Source: Paraphysomonas bandaiensis (Eukaryota; Protista; Chrysophyceae). From it: a stretch of DNA of 64,000 nucleotides. Below the pieces are notes generated by a model, which was given only the letters and a program-made list of their open reading frames with translations, was not told the origin of the DNA and did not search any database. Shown piece by piece: positions 27,045 through 37,559 of the stretch (position 1 is the stretch's first letter; every line of letters begins with the position of its first letter). A program made the translations under genes and the position numbers. The DNA lies in NCBI GenBank assembly GCA_965644295.1, contig CBFFRP010000169.1, positions 124,001-188,000 on the forward strand. Reading direction: 5' to 3'.

Positions 27045-28145
27045 CTATCTGTATAATGGTCCACCATAAGATGATTTCAAGGAACTGCTTATCACACCGC
27101 TATCGATATGTGGTTTCGTTACTGGACTGACAGGTATATCTAGAGGTCGATAGTGAGGCCGACAGCCTGTTGAGTCATACGGACTCTTTTGGTAACGTGT
27201 GTCCCAGTCAATATCAGGCCGGAAAGTTCGCGGTCTAGAGAGTGTAGATGATAACGAAGTCAGAGAGTTTAGAGAGTGGTAAGTGCTCTGAGAGTTTAAT
27301 GAGGAGCACGATTCACATTCCGAAGACGTGTCGGAGGTCTTATGCACTGGGCGATCAAAAACACATAGTTCAGGAAGAAGAGTGCTTAGTGATGGGCTTC
27401 GTGGCTGTTGAGGTCGTACATAATGCGCACCAGCGTCTTGTGTAGATAATGCACAACCATACACAGAGCTTGAGCGTGAAGATAATGACGTCACAGATGC
27501 CAATTCAGCAAGTCGTTTTCGACTAGCTGTTTTCACGCTTTTACTTTGACTTCTACTCTTACTTCCTATACTACTACGTGCACTATCGGGCCAATCATCA
27601 CTATCGGTACTTTTCGTAAATACAATTGGCGGCATAAAATTGTCAATTGAAGACATTCTCTCTACAGCCTCCGTGCATCTTAGATGTCTGCGATGTTTTT
27701 CTCTGCTTTCCGCTGCTGTTTTCTTTTCCGCCGCAAATTGAAGCAAATCATCATCTACTTCACAGTTCCCCCATCCACTTTTAGTGTTTGGACTCGGCAG
27801 ACCTTCACTAATTGAACTTTGAGATGCAACGGAGTAACTTGTGCTGGGTCTACTCTTCCATGTAGATCCTTTTGGCCTTGGGAGAATGTATGCCTTTGGA
27901 AGAAACCCAGACAGTAAGGCATCCTTATGAACACTTAGCGTTCCCTCAGAATCATCGACATTAACAACATCATCAGACACACTATCATTCGAGTCATTCT
28001 TCACTCGTGATTTGTGCTGAAAAACAACATCTCTGTCGACAAAATCATCATTATCTTCAGATATAACATCCCTCATATTGTGAGAGGACATCATGAAGCG
28101 ATTGTATCCCATCCCAGACTCCTTTACGAATCCCCATGGGTCCAT
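27045..28145 (-). CDS. Ser-rich, probably disordered hypothetical protein (about 366 aa)
   Basis: Single long ORF from the first ATG at 28145 (MDPWGFV). No recognised domain. Confidence 0.65.
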   Translation of the reverse strand: MDPWGFVKESGMGYNRFMMSSHNMRDVISEDNDDFVDRDVVFQHKSRVKNDSNDSVSDDVVNVDDSEGTLSVHKDALLSGFLPKAYILPRPKGSTWKSRPSTSYSVASQSSISEGLPSPNTKSGWGNCEVDDDLLQFAAEKKTAAESREKHRRHLRCTEAVERMSSIDNFMPPIVFTKSTDSDDWPDSARSSIGSKSRSQSKSVKTASRKRLAELASVTSLSSRSSSVYGCALSTQDAGAHYVRPQQPRSPSLSTLLPELCVFDRPVHKTSDTSSECESCSSLNSQSTYHSLNSLTSLSSTLSRPRTFRPDIDWDTRYQKSPYDSTGCRPHYRPLDIPVSPVTKPHIDSGVISSSLKSSYGGPLYR

Positions 28146-28825
28146 TGCTAGCACACTGCACACTGCACCCTGACACGGATATGTTAATGTATATGATGAG
28201 GGATATGTATATATATATAGAGAGAGTGAGTGTACAGTACCTTCAAAGGGTCATTGAACACTGCTCGACATAGTGTACAAACCTTCTGGTGGAGGACCTG
28301 GCTGATGATATGTGATCTTCTCGTCGATGTGATGTATGTATGTATGTAACCTGCTGTACATGTATATGATGTCATGTACACACGCATCCATACAGATCCA
28401 TGTTGACCACGTTACATCCCATACAAAGAAATACACAAGTACAGTACATGTGTTGACGTACTGCTGCAGATCCTTGTTTTATGCATGGATAAGTACGCTC
28501 TGTGGAAGGGAGGAAGACGTCTGTACTCTGCGATCGTCTGTACTCTGCGATCGTCTGTACCACACTCCACGGTGGACCATATATCCGGAATATAAGTGCT
28601 GTATGGAGTACGTAGGTATGTATGGTAACACGTACATCCTGCTGCAGTACGTACTCCATGTACATAGTATACGAAGTATATACCGGTATACGGATCGTGT
28701 GGAGCTGTATATAAGAACACTGCACCCATATACACATACATACATACATACATACATCTCTACATCTCTATATAGTCATGTACATGCAGGTGCCATCCAG
28801 CATTACATAAACCACCCCTCCATAT

Positions 28826-30574
28826 ATGAAATCCTCTATCTACACCATCCTTCTCCTTCCAGTGCTTGCCTTATCAGGTGAGCTGGATGAATACACATGC
28901 TCCTTCTGCGTGTCATCAGTAGAGGCTGCCAGAGAGATAAGAGCCCCATCATCGTCTCTATTAGACGGATGTAACACACTCTTCCCTCAAGACATATGCT
29001 TCTTATTTAAACATAATAATTTTATTATTAATCACTATGATCAATCTGCTGCTCGTGATGTCTGTCAGTATCACCGTATATGTGAGGATGTATCAGATGA
29101 AGTGTGGAGAGCTCAACAGAAGAAGCATATCATCCAATCAGAGCCCTCTTCAGAGCCTTCTTTAGATATACGTGTATCTAAAGCATATGGATCACGTGGA
29201 TATAACAACATTCGCTTATCAGTGATATCAAATCAAACTGTTGAGTCAGAGTACTTCACCTATTCGAAGCAGTTCCAGCATCGTTGGACTCAATACTACT
29301 TAAATTCCGGCATTGCATCTGTTAAATCAGGCGAAAAGACGAAATTTACAATCGCTGGAGAGGATTTTGAAGTATATATGCCGCCTCAAGGTGATGGTGT
29401 GAGAGGGGTCATCATTGCTGACCCGTGTTTCACGAGTGAATTCATCATATGTGTCTATGCAAAGAAATTTAAGATGTTTGAGCATTTGACGGAATTACTG
29501 AATGCCATTAATGCTCACGATGATGTGCAATACTGGAACATTCTCGGGGATAATTTCTATGACCAAGAAGGAGATAATACTGGTTCCTGGTTTGGTGCCT
29601 TGTCGAAGGAAAGTAAGAGCAAGGTGACGGGTTTTGTTCCTGGCAATCACGTACGTCCCCAACCATTGAAATTTTATGTACTCTAATAATGTGATATTAT
29701 AGGACTTTTGGATCAATGTAAGTTTACTAAAGCAGGCATCAATTATCCAGTATATTAATAAAATTGTGCTGTTGTCATTACGGTATATGTGTGTTGATAC
29801 GATGTTGCAGGCCTCCCCGAAACTGTGGACCAAGAAAGATCAACTTGGTAATGGGTTCATGCAGTTTTATGCCCAGGATGTGGCTGCTTCTGAGGTTGAC
29901 CCAACTGTACCATTTGACTTTAGCAAGGACCCTGATGCTCCGGATACCAATGCTGAGAACCTCCCTCCTGCAAGTAACTACTTTTACTACAACCAGGTAT
30001 ATATCTAGTGATTTCTGTAGCCATGATTTGTCAAAAGCTGTTATCTTACATGTAGGTCGGAAACGTTGGCTTTATTGGTTATTCTGGAGCGCACACGTGG
30101 GAAGAGAGTGAGGGATATTTCACCGAGGCTTGTACTTGGGCGTCCTCCACTCCAGGCATCTCCACTCTCCTTCTTCTCGGTCACTGGAATTCAGATGGTG
30201 ATGGCTGTGACTCCGAGATGACTGTTCCGGAAGTATACAAGAGCATCGCCTCTCTCCCTGCTTGTGAGCCTGTGGCATCGAAGATGAGATACATGCTCGG
30301 TCATAAACACTGCAACATGGTAATGGAAGAAGGTGCGGGTTTTATGGTTGGAGGGATTGGGATGTCAGATTATCAGTGTGGAGGCGATTTTGGTATTCCT
30401 GTTGTGGACACCACCGGTGGATCCTTCAAAGTGTACTACTTTCCTGTGCAGGGAGCATGGCCAACGGATAAAGTTGACAATTACAACGAGGTTCTTTCTT
30501 GCATTACGGAGAATGGGGTTTCTGGATGTTATCACCTCGCTGTGGAGTGGGCGAACGAAGTTATTACCGAATGA
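28826..30574 (+). CDS. Secreted metallophosphoesterase (calcineurin-like) with an N-terminal saposin-like Cys domain
   Basis: Exons 28826-29650, 29703-29717, 29811-29996 and 30056-30574 are in frame. Motifs: IADPC, GDNFY, GNH|D, LLGHW, GHKH. The signal peptide is followed by CSFC...C...C...C...C. Confidence 0.85.
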
Positions 30575-30755
30575 GGATGTGGGTATCGCTGACACCAAAT
30601 ACTCGGAGCCGGTCTAACTATAGGCAGGACATAGTTATATTAGCTAATATTCCTCTTCAATTTAATATGTAGTAATAATGAAGCATATGTAGTATATGTA
30701 GTTACAATAACTATTGAAGGGACAAGTACACATAAAACGTTTATAATTAGACTAA

Positions 30756-32479
30756 ACCATAGTCTGTAACCATAGTCTGTAACCAATGATATAAAGTGGA
30801 ATTATTACAACACTGAGCAAAGCAATCACGGTACCCCTCTATTCTATAGTTTCCTTAGATAGAGTATCAGCATGTGTGTACAGTTCGCTAGCTAACGCGT
30901 TACAGAAACTATAATAATCAATACTATTTGTATCTATCGAACGAATATTACAATACGCATGGAATGTATTTTGCAGAACACAGCCGAACGCAAACGAGCT
31001 AAACTTTCCTCTTTCGCCTAGATGCCCTCCACCACCATGCCGATGAGGCCATATCCTCTCTTTAATCTGTAAATTGAATACATCACATGCTGCAAACATC
31101 TTACCATAGTCGGAGCACACAGGCACAGAATTGGTGGTAGACCTCGTAGGTGATCTATGATAAGCATTGGACAAGGCGGTATATTTCTTGCCATCCTTCG
31201 TATAAGAATGAACTATGAGTTCTTTACGCTGTTGATTCCACAGTCCATTCCACTGTCCTCGTATATTGACACCTTCACGAACTTTACGAGTGAGTGCTTG
31301 GAAGCGCTGTGGATTCACAGCCCCGATATATTTTACTTTCTTCCTTGCAAGTCCCTCTCGTGCAGCTTCATCAAGATAATACGAGTCGAATACAAGAACA
31401 GTGCTACTCATTCGTGTAGAATTAAAAGAGTGTATGATTTTGCCCCAGTGTTCCACTACAGCGCTGACAGGTATAGACTCTCCTAGATCAGCTATTGCAT
31501 CATGCAACCACATGTCCAGCATATATGCGTGTTTATTGGAGAGCTTCACACACAACTCATACACCCACAAGCCCATTCGTTCAGGCTTCATATAAACTAC
31601 TCTTATATTAGGACTATAGCCTATAAATCACTTGTTAATAATAGTATTCAATTGATCAATATACACACCTGAGAAATGCAGCAACTTCTCATCGCCAGCT
31701 ACAACATTGCCAATACCACGTAAAATAGATCTAAAATTATGAGACAACTGCTTTGAATATCGACTATCAAATAAAAAGTTCGTTGTCACAATTTCCATGA
31801 ATCGTATGCCCAGAGAATCAATCCTTGGATAACAATCCTTAAAGTGGTCTCGGTACCATATAAGTTGCTCACGCAATGGTCGCGAATGACGTATTACACC
31901 TCTTGGGGCATGTTGTTCTCCATAAATTCGAATCCAAATTGCAAGAAGCTTATATATAGAACACAATGAAAGCAAAATTACCGATCCACAGTCATATGTC
32001 AAGTCGGCAGGGTCAATATCCTGGGCTATTTTCGTCACAAGGGATACTGTAACAAAACGCAAGAATATCTTGAGGAAGCTGGCAGTGCGAAAATTAAACG
32101 TAGGGTATCGATCTGCATCAACCGTATGAGGCAGATGGAATGACTCATTGGCCGAATCAACTGGTCTCCAACGCCCAATGATCTCTATTTCCTGAGCACG
32201 CTCTGAGCTTCTTGTCGCGTCATCTTCATCGTTGCAAAGAGAACCTGATTTGCGCTTTCGAAATGCCATGTCAAACTATGAGTGAATGGGGGATACAATG
32301 AACTTACCAGCACATTAATTTGACCTGCAATTCGCTGACTCAACACTGTGATATGAAGTGTGAAGTGTGGTTCACACTGTCTGATTTCGACTGATTTTAT
32401 GACAGTTATTTTATGTATGAAAATCGACGTTATTTTCAGTTTTTTTTCAATTTTTTTCAGTATGGTTGCAGACTATGGT
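30756..32479 (-). mobile_element. piggyBac-like DNA transposon with TIRs
   Basis: TIR ACCATAGTCTG(T/C)AACCATA at 30756 and inverted, ending at 32479. Flanks are CTAA (30752-55) and TTAA (32480-83). The element encodes a PGBD-type transposase. Confidence 0.82.
30839..32269 (-). CDS. piggyBac-type DDD transposase, 2 exons (intron 31668-31621)
   Basis: Spliced product reads GDEKLLHFSGYSPNIRVVYMKPERMGLW, then VFDSYY and YGKMFAACDVFN, the three catalytic Asp motifs of PGBD. Confidence 0.8.
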
Positions 32480-33151
32480 TTAATCTAAATTAATTGGTGC
32501 TTCAGCTTCTAATGTCGCATTTTCACGTATCATTCCTATAAGGTTGTTGCATGCAAGTGCTTCATGCTGCGGTAACAAGTTTGCTGGTTAAGACGTACTC
32601 GCTTCCGCTGTTTGCTACCTGCAAACGTTGCGCTGCGCCGTCATTCTGAACTAGACTCTTACTGTTAATCAAGCAAGCAAGCTACCGGCCAGAAGCTACT
32701 CATCACAACCACTGCATAGAATGTGGAAGAAGATTATAGCAAATAAATCAACTGGTGAACGTTGTTCAATCTGTGAACAAAGTACTCGAGTATACGTGAA
32801 TCATACAGCGGAAAGCTTCCTTTACCGCCTTTAATTCCAAATTCAAACTGTGGCTTTGATTATGTCAGCTTTATAGCATGTGCCTTGTCACCCGCTTGAC
32901 GCAAATTCGATTCACATAAACTTCTAAGATTTTGAATTCGTGCAAGCCACATCGTTTACTTTTTCTTTCACCTTCTTGTTACTAAAAAGAGACAACCCAT
33001 TCCTACAGTGTGGTTATAGTGTAGACAAGATTCTACGCCTCTACATCGCACCACCCTACTCTCCTTCGGAAGATTATCCTCCCATATACATAACTCTGAC
33101 CCCTCCCTTAAGCTTGCGTACATATGTAGCTAAACTACTCATTATCTATAA

Positions 33152-34625
33152 CAGGGCCTGATAACCATTAATGGTAATGGCATTATAATTGCGGGGAACT
33201 GTACTACCATTAATGACCTGTACTGCTATATATAGAACTAATGTAGAGTATAGTATCTCCTCTACACTCCGAAGAAGCTCTAAACAATATTAGACAACAA
33301 TGTTCATGCAACTCTACTGGCACTCTGTGGCAACCTTGTTCACAATCTTCTCAATGCATTCCACAGTTAGAGAAAAGTTTCATTAGCGATATCCATAGCA
33401 ACGTACCCATATACCCAAAAACTCTAAAATAATCATTGAAAATATGCATATTTCACTTAAAAAACACTCTTTTTCCCCAAAGTTGAGAAAAGCTACACAA
33501 CTCTACGGTATACGTATACTCTGTATTTATACCATATACTGTATATACATGTATATATCCAGCATGGTCAAAACAATTGATGGCAGTGTAATTTACAGTC
33601 TGAGTCTTCTTCCGAATGGTTTCAGAGAATCCTCTCAGTACTCTGTATCTTATTGTTCGTTGTGCAATGATCTCCTTTAACAAGATATACAGCGAGGTTA
33701 CGCGAGTTGTGTGAATCATACAGCCAAGAAGGGCATCAAACATGCGGATTTTTCTTGACGAGAGGAACTCAAGAGAATTTTGGGAAGTGAAAGACTTCAC
33801 GGGGGTGATTCATTGTGATTTGTATGAAAGAAAGTATCTCCTACTGCAAGGAACTTATTTCGGTAGCTGGTATGGATAGTCATGAACGACGAACCATTTC
33901 CTATCGTGGAGAATAAGTATGTTCGGAAGAGATGGAACCAATTTGTACCAAACCCGCCAGTTATTTGATATTATAATGCTAGCAAATTTTGAGAAGGCAG
34001 TGGCTAAAATTCAAGGGAACAATGAAAGAGAGTTGACAGGCAATGAGAGAAGAGTAGTTAGACATTTGCAACTGGATTCATCCATGGAGGTTGGTGTACC
34101 CGACAGAAATAACGAGGACGAGAGTGAAGGAACTGATTTTGCACAGCGTGTTCTGGACAGCGCCGAGGTCACCAAGAGAGCTCGACTTGGTACCTATGAG
34201 TCCAACTACCGCTGCTTGCTTCATATTGAAGCACAATGTAATGTTGTTGAGAGGCTCTTTAGTCGTGCAAAGTTGATTATGACACCTGAGCGTAGAAACA
34301 TGAATCCATATCGTCTAGAATCGTTGCTATTCCTACGAGCCAATTACATGTTGTGGGATGTTTATACCCTCCATAAAGCCCTGCAAGAAGATCCTGATGT
34401 GCCAGTAGAGAGCGAGAAGTAGTTAAAATTTGTAGTCTGCTATTTAACTAAAAATTAGCAATTAAGGGAGCACAACACTATCTATTATATGAGTGGTGCT
34501 ATCTACTTTAAGTTTTAGTAGGTATTAATGGCCAGTATAATTGCCGGGACATTTTTCATTAATGCCATTATAATTGCCGGGAACTGGACTACCATTAATG
34601 GGCCATTAATGGTTATCAGGCCCTG
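33152..34625 (+). mobile_element. Non-autonomous hAT DNA transposon
   Basis: Perfect 23-bp TIRs CAGGGCCTGATAACCATTAATGG, 8-bp TSD ATCTATAA (33144-33151 and 34626-34633), and subterminal CCATTAATG repeats. Confidence 0.95.
33919..34422 (+). pseudogene. C-terminal (dimerisation domain) fragment of a hAT transposase
   Basis: CNVVERLFSRAKLIMTPERRNMNPYRLESLLFLRAN matches the hAT dimerisation motif. The upstream catalytic core is not present as an open frame. Confidence 0.85.
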
Positions 34626-35469
34626 ATCTATAATATATATAAACTTGCTGTGTAAAAATTATTTACGAAAGAACACCATGGAGAAGTGCAATATATATGC
34701 ACTTCATCTTTCTACATGAATGTTTATCGTCGTCATAATAGTATTACTTAGCATAATCATATTATACTTCCAAGAAAATACGCTTAGCAACCGCGCTGTA
34801 ACGTGCCGAACCAATACTACAAGGCAATTTTCTTCAAATTGACGCTCCTTTGCAGCCACTTGATGCCGTGACTGCGAACCCTATCGAAAAATGAAAAATG
34901 ACTCATATATTGGCATAACACATCGTTTGGGCAGGTTACATAGTAAGCCATCTCCAACAACGAATACCATTTTGATTAAAAACACCACAACATTGTACAT
35001 TACTGTCAGGACGAGAACAACCATTGGAGAAAATAACACATTAAAGCACAAGAACATAATAAGGTTTTCATTCTCGTTATCGTCATCATCGTAACCATTG
35101 TCGTCCTCCTCCTTGTCATGCTAATAAGTAAGCAGGTAATTCACCACCAAGAACGTGCATTGTACAAGCCGAGCAGCATAAATACCGTGTATATATGTTG
35201 TCCGAGGTGTTGATGCATAGAATGGAATGGAACTCAGGTTGGAACCTGAGAGCAAAACTCTAAATAGGCGAAAACTTGTTCCAAGAGAGAGGACGCTAAT
35301 TATTATTAGCTTATACCACTTCTGCAGTACCAAATACTTCTCGGCACCTCAAGAAACTAAAGCACAACTCACCAGCTATACAGTTCTAAACAGTAAACAA
35401 CCAACAAAGAGAGAACAAGCTTAACTAAAAAGCATGACGATGCGCTATATATTATGTAGTAGGGTCACA

Positions 35470-35730
35470 ACCTATATACATATATATGTGGGTGAAGGAA
35501 AGGAACTAAGTTAGTGTAGACGCACGCATACATGTATACATCCAAACTGTAATAATAATTACTCTTCAATAGAATTATATCACCGCCCAGTGCAATACTC
35601 ATGGCCGGTAGACACATACATATTGTATGTAGCATACAATAGAGCATATAAAATAGAAGATAGTGTAGAGGCACTATCATACATAATCATTGCTCCTATA
35701 AACCTGCTTTAAACCTGCACAGGTTTACAG
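35470..35730 (-). repeat. Dispersed LTR-like repeat, also at 48533-48705 and 61273-61445 in the opposite orientation
   Basis: tgtaaacctgtgcaggtttaaagcaggtttata...cagtttggatgtatacatgtat...ttcacccaca is shared by all three copies. Confidence 0.7.
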
Positions 35731-36035
35731 TGACAAGTGAGAGTGCCAACACGCTGAGATCGCTGACGCTGTTATTGTTGATGTTGACCTCGCTGCTTTA
35801 GACCACGCTGGCGATATACACGTCTGCCCTGGCCTTGTTGGTGGGCTCGTGCGTTGCGACCGCGTAGGCCCCTCTGCTGTCGGTTACCCCCTCCACGTAG
35901 GCGGTTTCTGCCGTGTAGCCAATGGCTTGATTTGACTCGTTAACTTTGAGGAGGTTCCTACAGGTGAATCTTCGAATTCTCTGAGTCTCCATATAAGGGT
36001 CTTGTAGTGTTCTACTGGGTGTAGCTGCAGGACTA

Positions 36036-36477
36036 TCACAATGCCTTTGTACTTTTCATTCTCTTTTGATACCAGGCCTTGTCGCTTGTAATTGGGTCTT
36101 TCTCAGCAATCTTGTATCCATATGCATGCAGTCTGTTTCGGAGCTCTTCAAGGTCGTCAAGGAAACCCTCTATAGTCTGCTTTTTTTCGATGGAACAATT
36201 TAGAAACTTTGCGGTGAGGTCACTGATTACAAACATCATTAGTAGCCTTTTCCCAAATGGCCTTTCCATTTCCGGCACTGACGCTGTCCAGTAGACCTTC
36301 GGCGTCGTCGTTCCTATCAATGATGGCGCTTGTCAACAGGGAATAGGAAAGTCCGTTGCTTTCGTCCCAGTATTCTTGCTCACCCAGGGTGTTAAGTTGA
36401 CGTTGCTCAAAATCTTCTAAGGATTCATCTTCCTCTTGATGTGGATCGTCTGGTCTGGGGTAGGCCATCACATTCAA
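36036..36477 (-). pseudogene. Frameshifted Ty1/Copia gag (UBN2-like) fragment
   Basis: NGLSYSLLTSAI..AGNGKAIWEK, then in another frame KKQTIEGFLDDLEELRNRLHAYGYKIAEKD, typical Copia gag motifs. Confidence 0.75.
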
Positions 36478-36660
36478 ACAATTATGGAAGCTTTCGTCAT
36501 CATTGAAGGCGACCCATAAAAAGCCACGCCCACAATGATGACAAAAGCTTCCATAATTGTTCGTCTATTTGAAGACTATGAGTTGAACACATCAATTCAA
36601 TCTACAGAATATCAGTGGCATACCTCTGGTAAAACTGAGCTCTGGCGTTTGCTTTTGTAG
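36478..36660 (-). repeat. Partial copy of the 'ANARAxFYQR' ORF family with an internal hairpin
   Basis: Encodes ANARAQFYQRYA. aacaattatggaagctttcgtcatcattg is inverted against caatgatgacaaaagcttccataattgtt. Confidence 0.8.
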
Positions 36661-36849
36661 ATACATTTATATACATATGAGCATATATGCACAGACATAC
36701 ATACATATATGCATTGCCACAGGCACAGATACACAGTACCCATTTCCTACAGCGCACACAGGGCTCCACAGCATGCACCACATAGCCGCTCTGTATGCAT
36801 GTACGCCACCTTGTTCCTGCCTTGTAACTTTTCTGTGCCCGCAAATGAC

Positions 36850-37075
36850 TCACAAGCCGTGACTCAACTGTGTATGGACCAAGAAAGCTTATCTCTTGTC
36901 TTGACTCTACAACCAACTAAAAAGTATCAACCAGCGGGCTGCGATACTGTCCAGGCGCAACGACGGGCGCACTGCCAGAAATACTACAAACCGTATGTGC
37001 TCTTTCAGAAAAGTAATTATAAAGTCATTGACAAGAATGATCAAACACTCATCTCGTTCAACAGAGGTCAACACA
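36850..37075 (+). repeat. Diverged copy of the internal spacer of the deleted Copia units (48261-48475 etc.)
   Basis: cacaagccgtga...gggctgcg(a/g)tactgtccaggc(g/a)caac(g/a)acggg(c/t)gcactgccagaaa...gacaagaa. Confidence 0.75.
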
Positions 37076-37559
37076 GGCACTACCCTCTTTTTCCTTTGGT
37101 TATTCCGGAAAGAGAGGATATGTAAAATCTTGGTGTAGAATTCCTTGCCCCTCTAGTCGGGAATAAACTCTACGGTTGCCACAGTTCTGAACGTCTGAGG
37201 CATACTAGTCCAAAGTAGAGCTGAACAGTTACTTGTCGAACGTTCTTCAGCCGCCTCGACGAATATGATACATTGAAATACATCTTAGTATCCTAGGCAT
37301 TTCATATATTCGCTGCACCCGGTATTACACCCCGGGTTTAGCTATAGGCATTGGATAGTTCGACACCGTTATAACTATTAACCTCTCCGCGCTCAAAGAT
37401 TGACAAAGATACGACCTTTAGGTACAATGTTGGGCATACTGCTTCATATGATTCTTGTCTGCTGCTGCATAGCTTTAGTAGAACCCACTGGTAAAATATA
37501 ACCCTTGGAAACTGCATTTGTAAGAGGACTAGCACAGTGAAACATCCACCACAATGATT

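Noticed and set aside
28518-28560. 17-bp tandem repeat (2.5 copies) in a promoter
   Set aside because: A simple local slippage duplication with no further support for function.
35462-35473. GGTTGTGACCC (minus strand) as a half-tRNA-Met Copia PBS
   Set aside because: It mismatches the GGTTATGGGCCC type, has no clean CA LTR end, and no gag lies downstream.
37317-37347. ACCCGG...CCGGGT hairpin as a Helitron 3' end
   Set aside because: Short stem, no CTRR terminus at the expected distance, and no other Helitron evidence.
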